IMG/VR virus record: IMGVR_UViG_3300033075_001896
Span: 27,918-91,917 of that record
Origin: a virus
Taxonomy: Duplodnaviria; Caudoviricetes
Length of the DNA: 64,000 nt
Reading direction: 5' to 3' (one strand)
Shown: piece by piece, positions 18,128 through 27,142 of the stretch
How positions within the stretch are numbered: position 1 is the first letter of the stretch
Layout of the letters: each line of letters starts with the position of its first letter
Notes under the pieces: model-generated
What the model was told of the DNA's origin: nothing
Seen by the model: only the letters and a program-made list of their open reading frames with translations
The model's database searches: none
Made by a program: the position numbers and the translations under genes

Positions 18128-19990
18128 TCACTTCTCCTTGAAGCCGAGGACGCGGACGGTGGCCGTGCCGCTGTAGCCGCTCGGGATGCGGTAGTCGAAC
18201 TGCTGCGCGCCCCCGAGGTGCAGGTGCACCTCGCGGCGGACCTCCTGCGCGGCGGTGTTGGCCTCGACGAGGAGCGGCACGCCCGTGCCCGGGGCGTTGA
18301 TCTTGCGCACCTCGACGCCGCCGTTCGCCGCCCCCGACGCGTTCACCTGAAGCTCCAAGAGCGCCAGCGTGACGGTCGAGCCGACGGGGGGCACGAGGGA
18401 CGCGCACGAGACGCTCGTCCACGAGGTCTGCGTCCCCGCCGTGAGCACGTCGAGGCCCGACGTGAAGATCGTCCGGTCCCAATACCACCAGCCCTCGTAG
18501 CGGTGCCCGGGGAGCGGCACGCCGGAGCCGTCGGTGCGGATCGGGCCGAGGTAGCGGTGCGTCCCGGCCGCGCCGCCCTTCCACGTGTACGAGTCGTCCG
18601 GGGGCGTCGGCGAGACCTCGACCGCGAGCGTGCCGCCCGAGGCGTAGAGGTAGAGGTAGCGCCAGGCCCCGGCCGCGTAGCCCGAGGGCGTGATCGTGAA
18701 GCCGCCCGTCGCGCTGTAGCTCCGCTGCCCGAGGACCACGAGCTGAATCGGGGCGACGTAGATTTTCGTGCCTGCCCCGATGTCCTTCACCGAGTAGTTG
18801 CCGCCGATCAGGAGCCCGTTGAGGGAGTCGGTGACCGACGCGAGCGCGACGGTTTCGAGCGCCGAGGTGTCGAGCGCCCGCACCGAGACCTTCTCGCCGC
18901 CCGAGAGCGCCGAGAGGAGCGTGACCGTGGTCGCGTCGGTCTCGGTGTACTCGGACTCGGCGAGCACCGCCCCATCGACGATCACCTCCAGGCAGTGCGC
19001 CCCGGGCGTGTACGCGAACGGGAGGTTGAGCGCCGTCTGCGAGCTCGTCCCGGTCGTCTCGTAGTAGCGGCGCGTGCCCGTGGTCGCGCGCTGGAAGCCG
19101 CGCGCGTCCTGGAGGTTCTGCGGCGTGATCGTCGTCTGACTCGGCGAGAGGCCGACGAACGCGAGCGGGAGGACGCCGCGCGTCGAGGGCCGCACGGGCG
19201 AGGACGCCTCGGTGCCCTGCCGCACGCCGAGCGTGCCGTTCGCCGCGAGGTAGAGGAGGTCGATGCGCGGGTTCGAGGTCGGGGCCGTGAAGGTCGGCGA
19301 CGTGCCGCCCACGTAGGCCACGTGCGTGTCGTCGATGTTGAAGCGCCCCGCGGCCACGCGCAGGGCCAGTGAGGGCGGGTCGGTGGGCGTGACCTCGCCG
19401 TCGCGCTTGACCGACTCGTCGTACACGTCCTCCGCGCGGTTGAGCACGGGGACGTCGAGGAGCCGCACGTCCGTCGTGCGGATCGCCGTCAGGCCGTTCG
19501 TGATCTTCACCCGCCCGAGGAGCACGGGGTTCCCCGAGGGGGCCGCGGGGTAGGTCGCGGTCGAGACCGGCGCCGAGGTGCCCGAGACCCGCAGGATCTC
19601 GTACGACTCAGGCTGCGTTGTGTAGACCGTCGTCGCGTCCGGGGCGGTGGAGGGGTCCGCGGAGGTGCGCGCGAAGCGGAGGTAGATCGCGACGAAGCGC
19701 TCCTGCCCCGAGGCGACGGCCGTCGCCGTGTTGCCCGAGTCGAGGCTCAGATCCACGGTGACTGTGGTGGGGACGTTGAGGCGACGTCCGAGCGCGTCGT
19801 ACGCCACGCCCGCCGAGAGCTGGAGCGTCAGGTTCGGCGACGCCTGCTCCGTGAGCTGGAGCCCCGCGGCGACGCCGTAGCCGAGGAGGTCGGTGACGAT
19901 CGCGCGGTCGGCGTTCTCGGCGTTGTCCTGCCAGGAGTGCACGTCCGTGTGCTCGATCACGAAGTCGCGGTGGTATACGCGTCGGTCCAT
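18128..19990 (-). CDS. Baseplate-anchored tail fibre protein
   Basis: GVAYDALGRR, NPRIDLL...GT..P..P motifs; Thr/Gly-rich. Confidence 0.7.
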   Translation of the reverse strand: MDRRVYHRDFVIEHTDVHSWQDNAENADRAIVTDLLGYGVAAGLQLTEQASPNLTLQLSAGVAYDALGRRLNVPTTVTVDLSLDSGNTATAVASGQERFVAIYLRFARTSADPSTAPDATTVYTTQPESYEILRVSGTSAPVSTATYPAAPSGNPVLLGRVKITNGLTAIRTTDVRLLDVPVLNRAEDVYDESVKRDGEVTPTDPPSLALRVAAGRFNIDDTHVAYVGGTSPTFTAPTSNPRIDLLYLAANGTLGVRQGTEASSPVRPSTRGVLPLAFVGLSPSQTTITPQNLQDARGFQRATTGTRRYYETTGTSSQTALNLPFAYTPGAHCLEVIVDGAVLAESEYTETDATTVTLLSALSGGEKVSVRALDTSALETVALASVTDSLNGLLIGGNYSVKDIGAGTKIYVAPIQLVVLGQRSYSATGGFTITPSGYAAGAWRYLYLYASGGTLAVEVSPTPPDDSYTWKGGAAGTHRYLGPIRTDGSGVPLPGHRYEGWWYWDRTIFTSGLDVLTAGTQTSWTSVSCASLVPPVGSTVTLALLELQVNASGAANGGVEVRKINAPGTGVPLLVEANTAAQEVRREVHLHLGGAQQFDYRIPSGYSGTATVRVLGFKEK

Positions 19991-20049
19991 CGACCCTCGC
20001 GCGTGGTCACCCGTGGAGTTCGGCGACCCTCGGAGAACTTGTACCGCAG

Positions 20050-21201
20050 GTGGCGGCCATGTACTTTGATCTCGCGATGTTCCTGATCTACTTGGACGCT
20101 GGCACCATCAACCACATTGCCGATGGCAAATGCCCTCCCGAACAGGTCGCGGACCTACACGCTGCCATGCGGGAGGTCGGCGCCTCGCTGATTCTTTCAC
20201 TCGCGCATGTGTGGGACTTCTGCAACAACACGGACGACGCCACAAAGCAGCGTGTTGCGACGGCGATCGATGCGTTCCCTTCCCGTATGTTGATCGCGGA
20301 CAGCCCCGAAGCTACCGAACGTGAGGCGCTCGACAGGATCGGTGATGGCGCGGAATTCGATGCAGACACCTACGCCCCGCCGCACTGGCAGGGGCGATTG
20401 TTCCAGGCGCGTGACTTCATGCGTGTCTGCGAGCCGAAGGTGATGGATGCCGCCGACCGTTTCATCACGTGTGTTCGTGCCCTTACTGAAGCTCATCGGT
20501 TGGGCGTCCAGGCGAGGCGCGCATCCACCTCGGGTCCGTCGGCTCAAAAGCAGGAACGCGATGCGGTACGGGCCTTCCTCGAAGGGCTATTCGCAGCGCA
20601 AAACGATGAAGAAATCAAAGCGCTTGTCGAAATGCGCCTTGCCTCTCTATCTCCAGAAGCACGGGCGGCGAGCGACAAAATGCTCAAGGATGGTTTTGAA
20701 AAGGGCATCGCAATGTTTCCTCCGGAAGTACGCGAACAAATGCCGCAGTGGTCGCTCGACCTGTTTTGCCGCGCCGTCATGCAAACTCGCAGAGACGCGG
20801 AAACGCATGGAATTACCCCAGGACGGGCCGTCCAACTCGCGGTGAAACAGCCCGCACTAAACAGCGTCAACTGGGCGGGTGCACGGATTCGTGGTGGGAT
20901 GGACCGATGGTACGAGATCGCGGGTGCCGTGGCTCCCGGCATGGCGATCCGGGTGAAGATCATCGAGCAAAACACAGGCAACGCGATGCGCAACCCGCTG
21001 CACAGCGACACGGCCGACACGATCCATGTGCTCTACCTGCCCTACATGGATCTCTCGGTCGTGGATGCGAATAACTTCTCTGCCTACCAGTCGTTGCAGA
21101 GCAAGGTGAGACCCAGGCGCAAAGGGGTCGTCGTGAAAGATCCAGGGCGCGACCTGAGGCCGCTGATTCAGAGAATCAGGTCACTTCCCATCGACCCGTG
21201 A
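20050..21201 (+). CDS. Lower-GC moron, PIN-like acidic motif pattern
   Basis: IYLDAG near the N-terminus; DTADTIH..YLPYMDLSVVD near the C-terminus; visibly lower GC; opposite strand. Confidence 0.6.
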   Translation: MAAMYFDLAMFLIYLDAGTINHIADGKCPPEQVADLHAAMREVGASLILSLAHVWDFCNNTDDATKQRVATAIDAFPSRMLIADSPEATEREALDRIGDGAEFDADTYAPPHWQGRLFQARDFMRVCEPKVMDAADRFITCVRALTEAHRLGVQARRASTSGPSAQKQERDAVRAFLEGLFAAQNDEEIKALVEMRLASLSPEARAASDKMLKDGFEKGIAMFPPEVREQMPQWSLDLFCRAVMQTRRDAETHGITPGRAVQLAVKQPALNSVNWAGARIRGGMDRWYEIAGAVAPGMAIRVKIIEQNTGNAMRNPLHSDTADTIHVLYLPYMDLSVVDANNFSAYQSLQSKVRPRRKGVVVKDPGRDLRPLIQRIRSLPIDP

Positions 21202-21203
21202 CC

Positions 21204-22247
21204 TCACCCGAGGGCGGTGTTCCGTCCGAGCAGGGACGTGCCGAGGCGCCACGACGGGTGCCGCGCGGCGGCGTCGTCGAGCGTGACGGTCATCGTGGAG
21301 GGGCGCATCACCTCGATCACCTGCGCGAGCGCGCGCCGCTCGTCGCTCGTGAGCACGCGCGGCAGGACGAGCGCGAGCGTGAACGCGTCGTCGGCCGGGG
21401 TCGCCCCGCGGGCCGACGCGGCGAGCGCCGTGGCCAGGACCTCGGTGGTCGCGAGCTCGATCCGGTCGCCCGCCGTGAGGCCCGTCGGATTCTCGCGGCG
21501 CCACACCCGCACGACCGCCCCCCGCGCGAGCGGCGCGGCGAAGGTGATCGTGGACGCGGACGTCTCCGACCACGCGGGCGCGTCCACGCGAAGACGGTCG
21601 ACCGTCACGACCAGCGTCCCGATCCCCACCGTGTAGCTGAAGGGGAGCGTGAGCGCCGACTCGCCGCCGTAGGCCGTGTATTCATGGCCGCGCGTGAGGA
21701 GCTCGACCCGTCGCGGCTCGACCGCGAGGAAGGCCGTCCGGTCGAGCTCCACCCCGTTGCGCCACGCCCGCAAGGTCCCTGTGTGCGGCGTCACGCGCCA
21801 GCGCGCGTCGGTCACGTCGATCGCGGTCTCGCCGCCCGTCGCGGTGTAGACGAACGAGAGGCCCCCGAGGTGCGACCGCCCGAGGCGCCACGCCTGACGT
21901 CGCTCGCCGCGCAGGTACGCCTCTTCGCCGAGGAAGAGGCGTACGGCGTCGAGGAGCCCGGGGGCCGTGCCCTTCTCGCGGTAGAGCGGCACGAGGAGCG
22001 CCACGACCTTGCGCTGGAGCGCCTCGGGGAGGGTCGTGTCGAGCGTCCAGCCCTTCGCCCGCGCAAGCTCGGGGAGCCACCGCGCCGCGCAGGTGAGCGG
22101 GTCGTCGAGCGTGAGGAGCTGCCCCGTGTCGTCGTAACGGTCGCCGAGCGCGTCGTCGGCGAGGCGCACGAGGGACGCGAGGGGTTCGGCCGGGGCCTCG
22201 CGCCGCCAGAACCGGGGGAGGGCGTCCCAGAGCGTCGGGCGGGCCAT
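21204..22247 (-). CDS. Baseplate/tail protein, P2 gpI-like
   Basis: LPELARAKGW...LYREKGTAPG...FLG. Confidence 0.85.
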   Translation of the reverse strand: MARPTLWDALPRFWRREAPAEPLASLVRLADDALGDRYDDTGQLLTLDDPLTCAARWLPELARAKGWTLDTTLPEALQRKVVALLVPLYREKGTAPGLLDAVRLFLGEEAYLRGERRQAWRLGRSHLGGLSFVYTATGGETAIDVTDARWRVTPHTGTLRAWRNGVELDRTAFLAVEPRRVELLTRGHEYTAYGGESALTLPFSYTVGIGTLVVTVDRLRVDAPAWSETSASTITFAAPLARGAVVRVWRRENPTGLTAGDRIELATTEVLATALAASARGATPADDAFTLALVLPRVLTSDERRALAQVIEVMRPSTMTVTLDDAAARHPSWRLGTSLLGRNTALG

Positions 22248-23701
22248 CAGGGCGTCTCCTGAATCACCGTCACGGCGGGCGTCGCGGCGAGCGCGGCGAA
22301 CTGCACGGCCGTGAAGGTCGGGTCGCTCGCGGGCGACGTGACCTCGACGCGCGTCACGCCCGCGAGGGACTGGCAGGCGTCGTACATCCTCGACCGCGGC
22401 ACCGGGTAGCCGAAGCGCAGCACGTAGAAGCCCTCCTCGTCGCGCGCCCCCGGCGTCCAGAGCGCGGCGAGGGCGGCCTGCGCGGCGGTCTGGAGGGCCG
22501 CGGCGTCCACGTCCGCGCGGCAGTAGACCGTCACGGCGATCGACTGCGCGACGTACACGGCGCTCACGACCGACACCTCAAGGCCCGCGGGGCAGGGCTT
22601 GGTCTCGGTGACGTACGTGTGCACCGCGTCGAGGAGCGTCGCGTCGGGCGATCCGCCCGCCGTCGGGACGACGTAGAGGCGGTGCTGGAGGTGGCCGAGG
22701 GTCGCGTCCTCGCGCCGCGTGTGGCAGAGCGCGCGGGCGACGCCCGGCACCTCGACCGCGTGGAGCTCGTAGTCCTCGCGGCTCACCGTCCGATCCGTGG
22801 CGCGGAGCGAGTCGGGCGCGGCGTACCGGGCGTGCTCCAGGCTCTCGCGGTCGGTGCCGCCCGCGGCGTCGCCGGGGTTCGTCACGGTGACCTCGACGGG
22901 CAGGCCCGCGGCGGTCGCGAACGAGCCCTGCACGCGCCGCAGCGTGCCGCGCCGCACGCGCCCGGCCGCGCCGAGCGTGGTCCGGTAGGTGACGGTGATC
23001 GTGGCGCCCTCGGCGGGGCGCTTGCCGTTCACCCCGTCGCCGAAGACGACCGTGGCGCGCTCGTCGGCGTCGCGCTCGACCACGTAGTGCTGCGACGCGG
23101 ACGTCGACGAGAGGAAGTTCGCGACGCGCGTCCACGTCACGCCGCCGACCCGCACCACCTCGCTCGCGCGCACGAAGGGCGTGGCCGAGAGGGTCACGCG
23201 CTGGCCCGTGGGCCACGCGCCCGCCGCGTCGCCGACGAAGCTCTGCGTCTGCGCGCGCCCCTCGGTGCAGGCCACCGTGCGCGACGTCTGCCCCGGCGCG
23301 AAGGTCACCGCGGCGTCGGTCGTGTAGACCACCGCGCCGTCTTCCGTGTAGACCTCGGTCCCCGCGGCGATCGGCACCGCGTCCGACTGCGACGGGATCG
23401 CGAGCGAGACGGTGACCGTCGGGGGCGTCGGCGACGCGAGCTCGTACGCGAGGCCCCGCGCGTGGTCGATCACGCTCTGGCGCAGGCGCGCGCGGTGGAT
23501 GAACGCCTCGTTGAGGCCGCGGTTCTGGTAGTACGTGAGCTTCGCGCCGACGGTCGCGACGGCCACGAACCAGCGCCGGTCGGGCGACCCTTCGGAGAGG
23601 TCGAGGCCCGCGAGCGAGGGCTCCCCCGCGGCGTTCGTCGTGAGCTCCGCGAGGATGCCCTCGAAGTCGAGCACGGTGTACTGAAGCGCACGAGGGGCCA
23701 T
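22247..23701 (-). CDS. Baseplate J-like wedge protein
   Basis: DFEGI, FGDGVNGKRP, GGTDRES, DRTVSREDYE; start MAPRALQY after the TGAC motif. Confidence 0.92.
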   Translation of the reverse strand: MAPRALQYTVLDFEGILAELTTNAAGEPSLAGLDLSEGSPDRRWFVAVATVGAKLTYYQNRGLNEAFIHRARLRQSVIDHARGLAYELASPTPPTVTVSLAIPSQSDAVPIAAGTEVYTEDGAVVYTTDAAVTFAPGQTSRTVACTEGRAQTQSFVGDAAGAWPTGQRVTLSATPFVRASEVVRVGGVTWTRVANFLSSTSASQHYVVERDADERATVVFGDGVNGKRPAEGATITVTYRTTLGAAGRVRRGTLRRVQGSFATAAGLPVEVTVTNPGDAAGGTDRESLEHARYAAPDSLRATDRTVSREDYELHAVEVPGVARALCHTRREDATLGHLQHRLYVVPTAGGSPDATLLDAVHTYVTETKPCPAGLEVSVVSAVYVAQSIAVTVYCRADVDAAALQTAAQAALAALWTPGARDEEGFYVLRFGYPVPRSRMYDACQSLAGVTRVEVTSPASDPTFTAVQFAALAATPAVTVIQETP

Positions 23702-23731
23702 CGCCCCTCGCGGGTGGTCACCCCGACGCGG

Positions 23732-23747
23732 TGGCACGCCGCGCGCA
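23732..23747 (+). promoter_or_regulatory. Putative sigma54 -24/-12 promoter
   Basis: TGGCACGCCGCGCGCA upstream of the ParB-like gene. Confidence 0.5.
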
Positions 23748-23800
23748 ACGCGGGGACGGGCGCGCGGCCGCACAGGGCGACCCGCGTTCAGGAGCACGCC

Positions 23801-24895
23801 ATGACACGACGCCAGAAGATCGAAGCGCCCGACGCGCAGCCGACCTCGCCCGCCACCCTCCCCGCGTCCGAGAAGGTGCGCGTCACGCCCGCCCTCGCCC
23901 GCGAGTGGCTGGAGAAGTACAACCGGCGCAACCGCCCGCTGCGCGAGGCGGTCGTGGATCGCTACGCCGAACAGATGAAAGAGGGCGAGTGGCAGGAGAC
24001 GGGGGACACCGTGAAGTTCGGGGCGGACGGTCTCCTCTACGACGGCCAGCACCGCCTCTCCGCGGTCGCGCGGTCGGGCCGCACCGTGGAGCTGTGGGTG
24101 GTGCGCGGCCTGCCGCCGGGCGCGCGCGAAGCGATCGACATGGGCGAGGCGCGGCGCGCGTTCGACAACCTCGCCATCTCCGACGGGTTGAGCCTCGCGG
24201 CGGAGGACCGGACGTGGCTCACGGCCATCGCGCGCCACGCCTACGGCGTGCACCACAAGCTCACGGTCTCCGTCGCGCGGGCGGTGCTCGCCGCGTACGG
24301 CCCCGGGCTCAAGGTCGCGCGCGAGGTGTTCAAGGGCCACCAGCGCGGGCTCTGCCGCGCCTCGTACGTCGGGGCGTTCATCTTCGCGTACCGCAAGGAG
24401 GGCGAGCGCGTGGCCGAACTCATGCGCCGGTTCCGCGACGGCGCGAACCTCGACGCGAAGGACCCGATCCTCTTGCTCCGCAACTCGATGATGACGACGT
24501 CGTCGGGCGGGTACGTCGTCGGCCACGCGGAGTTCGAGCGGACGTGCGCGGCCGTGGCCGCGGCGCTCGACGGCGAGAAGCGGGCGCGCCTCATCCGCAG
24601 CGCCGCGGCGCTCGAACGCTTCCGCGTGCCGAACGACACGTGCCTCGCCACGGCGAAGGAAGAGGCCGTGACCCTCGACGGGCTCATCAAGACCTACGGT
24701 GAGGTCTGCGTGCGCGCCGCGCTCGACGCGAAGGACGTGCTCACGGAGCGTCAGAAGGAGGTCCTGCGCGAGGTGCTCTCGGGCAAGGACACGTCCTCGA
24801 TCCGCGCGCAGGACGGCGTGACCCGCCAGGACATCTTCAAGGTCCGACGGGCGGCGCTCCGCAACCTGCACAAGCACCTGTCCGCGCAGGGGTAG
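23801..24895 (+). CDS. ParB-like N-terminal domain protein with C-terminal sigma70-r4/LuxR-type HTH
   Basis: VTPALAREWLE..NRPL, DGQHRL; LTERQKEVL...GVTRQDIFKVRRAALRNL; AGGAG SD. Confidence 0.75.
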   Translation: MTRRQKIEAPDAQPTSPATLPASEKVRVTPALAREWLEKYNRRNRPLREAVVDRYAEQMKEGEWQETGDTVKFGADGLLYDGQHRLSAVARSGRTVELWVVRGLPPGAREAIDMGEARRAFDNLAISDGLSLAAEDRTWLTAIARHAYGVHHKLTVSVARAVLAAYGPGLKVAREVFKGHQRGLCRASYVGAFIFAYRKEGERVAELMRRFRDGANLDAKDPILLLRNSMMTTSSGGYVVGHAEFERTCAAVAAALDGEKRARLIRSAAALERFRVPNDTCLATAKEEAVTLDGLIKTYGEVCVRAALDAKDVLTERQKEVLREVLSGKDTSSIRAQDGVTRQDIFKVRRAALRNLHKHLSAQG

Positions 24896-24923
24896 CGGCC
24901 CGTCGCGTGCAGCGCCACCGCGC

Positions 24924-25964
24924 ATGATTGGACTCGCGCATGCAGACGGGAAGGAGTACCCCAACCTCGCGCTCGCGTCTCTCTCCGCGTATTTCAAAGC
25001 GCTCGGCGAAGAGGTGCGACTCATCCGCCCCGACGATCGCCCCGACCTTTTCCGGGGCGGCTTCCCCGAACGCATCTACGGCTCGTCGATCTTCGACGAA
25101 TCCGCTTCGCAGCGAGAGGACATTGAGCAGCACTGGGGGCACGTCCTGTGGGGCGGGACCGGGGTGCGTCTCGCTTCCTCACTCCGCGAGGTTGATGCGT
25201 CGGTGGATTGGGACGCAATCCGCCCCGACTTCTCGCTCTACCCCGATTTCGCTGCATCCATGGGGTTCCTCACGAGGGGGTGCCGTCTGCGCTGTGGTTT
25301 TTGCGTGGTGCCCGAGAAGGAGGGGAGGCCGCGCGTCGTGTCGGACGTGCACCGAGTGTGGCGCGGCGAGGGGCACCCTCGGCACCTGCACCTTCTCGAC
25401 AACGACGCCTTCGCGAAGCCGTTGCGAGACTTCTGGCGAGATGCGGTTGAGGAGTTCCGGAAGGGTCGGTTCCGCGTGTGCTTTACGCAGGGGATCAACG
25501 TCCGACTGATCGACGACGAGGCGGCGGCGCTCATCGCGCGGACGCCTTATTACGGCAACGACTTCAACAAGCGCATCCTCTATACGGCGTGGGATAACCT
25601 TCGCGACGAATCCATCTTCAAGGCGGGTGTTGAGCGACTGCGCCGCGCGGGTGTGTCACCCCACAGGCTCCGCGTGTTCATGCTCGTGGGCTACCGCGAA
25701 GACGAGACGTGGGAGGAGAGGTTCTATCGGTTCGCGGAGATCGCGGCTCTGCGTGCCGAACCCTACGTGATGGTGTATGGCGCCGAAGGCGCACGCCCCG
25801 AACTCGACGCGTTCCAACGGTGGTCGAATCGTTGGTTCTTCCGCTCGATCGCGTGGCCGGACTACGCGCGTGATGGGAAGTGGGACACGCGTATTTATGG
25901 CGACGCGCGCGCGGACTCAGACGCCGCGTGGAACCGCGTGGTAGAGCGAATGCTCACCCGTTGA
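24924..25964 (+). CDS. Radical SAM protein
   Basis: TRGCRLRCGFCVVPEKEG (CX3CX2C), LLDND, QGINVR; GG-N10-GC 13 nt upstream. Confidence 0.9.
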   Translation: MIGLAHADGKEYPNLALASLSAYFKALGEEVRLIRPDDRPDLFRGGFPERIYGSSIFDESASQREDIEQHWGHVLWGGTGVRLASSLREVDASVDWDAIRPDFSLYPDFAASMGFLTRGCRLRCGFCVVPEKEGRPRVVSDVHRVWRGEGHPRHLHLLDNDAFAKPLRDFWRDAVEEFRKGRFRVCFTQGINVRLIDDEAAALIARTPYYGNDFNKRILYTAWDNLRDESIFKAGVERLRRAGVSPHRLRVFMLVGYREDETWEERFYRFAEIAALRAEPYVMVYGAEGARPELDAFQRWSNRWFFRSIAWPDYARDGKWDTRIYGDARADSDAAWNRVVERMLTR

Positions 25965-26310
25965 CTTCCACGACGCGGGACTCGCCCGTCCCGCGCGGGC
26001 GGAGGGTGATCGCGGCCTTCGTGCTCCGCTCCCCCTGCGTGATCTCCGCGCGCTCGACCTTGAGCCGCTTCTCCCACCGACCGAGCGCGTCGGCCGTCGA
26101 CGTCTTCATCTCCAGCGCGAGCGCGGCGTCGTTGGGCTCGTGGAGGAGCTGGCGCACGCGCGACCCGAACTCGGGCTGAAACTCGATCTCGCCGGGGGTC
26201 GTGTCGAGGATCGTGCGCGCGGCGACGAGGGCCGTTGCGGTGCCGGTCACGGTCGCGAGGTAGCCGCGGGCGCCGAGGTGCAGCGGGCGGTCGTAGCCGA
26301 AGGTCGTCAC
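25954..26310 (-). CDS. Baseplate protein gp25/gpW-like
   Basis: ILDTTPGE...PEFGS...EP...ALGRWEKRL. Confidence 0.9.
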   Translation of the reverse strand: MTTFGYDRPLHLGARGYLATVTGTATALVAARTILDTTPGEIEFQPEFGSRVRQLLHEPNDAALALEMKTSTADALGRWEKRLKVERAEITQGERSTKAAITLRPRGTGESRVVEVNG

Positions 26311-26609
26311 GGGAGGATCTCCACCTGCACGCGCGTGAGTGAGGGGATGCGCAGCTCGCCGGTCGTGGGGAGGTTGAAGGGGTCGATCACGTCGTTCGCG
26401 TCGGCGATCACCCACCAGAGATGCGGCGTGCCGTAGAACTCCTGGGCGAGGAGTCCGAGCTTCGTCGCGGCCGTGGCGGGCACGCGAGCGTCGGGGTCGC
26501 GCGCGTCCTCGGGCAGGAGCGCCGGGGCGCGCGGGCCGTGGAAGGTCTCGTCGCGCACGAGGTCGCGGTAGTGGGGCTCGCGGGCGAAGGGGTTGTAGAC
26601 CGAGCTCAT
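26307..26609 (-). CDS. LysM-like / tail X baseplate protein
   Basis: LAQEFYGTPHLWWVIADANDVIDP...LRIP. Confidence 0.85.
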   Translation of the reverse strand: MSSVYNPFAREPHYRDLVRDETFHGPRAPALLPEDARDPDARVPATAATKLGLLAQEFYGTPHLWWVIADANDVIDPFNLPTTGELRIPSLTRVQVEILP

Positions 26610-26613
26610 CGGA

Positions 26614-27093
26614 TCACCTTCCGGCCAGGACGTCGTCGCGGGAGAGGTCGCCGTTCACGGGCACGTTCGTCCACTTGAGCGTGGCGCGCAGCTCCCCGGG
26701 CGCCGTGGTGTCGGGGTCGAACCAGGGCCCGCTCTTGAGCATGACCTCCGTGATGATCACACGCAGCGTCCGGTAGCCGCCGAAGACGAGGAGCACCGGG
26801 TGCGGCCCGTTCCTGAGGCGCCCTGTGTCGTCGTACTCGGGGAGCGGGAGCGCTTCGAGCTGGCGGCGCACGCGCTCGATGTCTTGCGCGTCGAGTTCGC
26901 GCCGGATGAACACGAGCTCGACCTCCCCGTCGCGCCCCTTGCCGCCCGTGTAGTGCTGGCGCGGGAAGGAGCCGCCGCGGACGTTCTTCTCCGACCAGTT
27001 CGCGCCGACCGTGACCGGGAGGTCCTCGGGGTTGAACTGCCAGTCGAGGCGCAACCCGTCGACAAGATCGCGGAGGTAGCCCGTGGTCGCCAC
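26614..27093 (-). CDS. Contractile-tail tube initiator-like protein
   Basis: QFNPE..., QHYTGG, P.VLLVFG, LRATL. Confidence 0.75.
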   Translation of the reverse strand: MATTGYLRDLVDGLRLDWQFNPEDLPVTVGANWSEKNVRGGSFPRQHYTGGKGRDGEVELVFIRRELDAQDIERVRRQLEALPLPEYDDTGRLRNGPHPVLLVFGGYRTLRVIITEVMLKSGPWFDPDTTAPGELRATLKWTNVPVNGDLSRDDVLAGR

Positions 27094-27142
27094 GCCCCTC
27101 CGCGCGGGGTCACCCGGGAGGGATGACTGCGCGGCGAAGGGC

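Noticed and set aside
22247-25075. 942-aa ORF as one giant baseplate protein
   Set aside because: The N-terminal half is the antisense shadow of the ParB-like and radical SAM genes; the real start is at 23701
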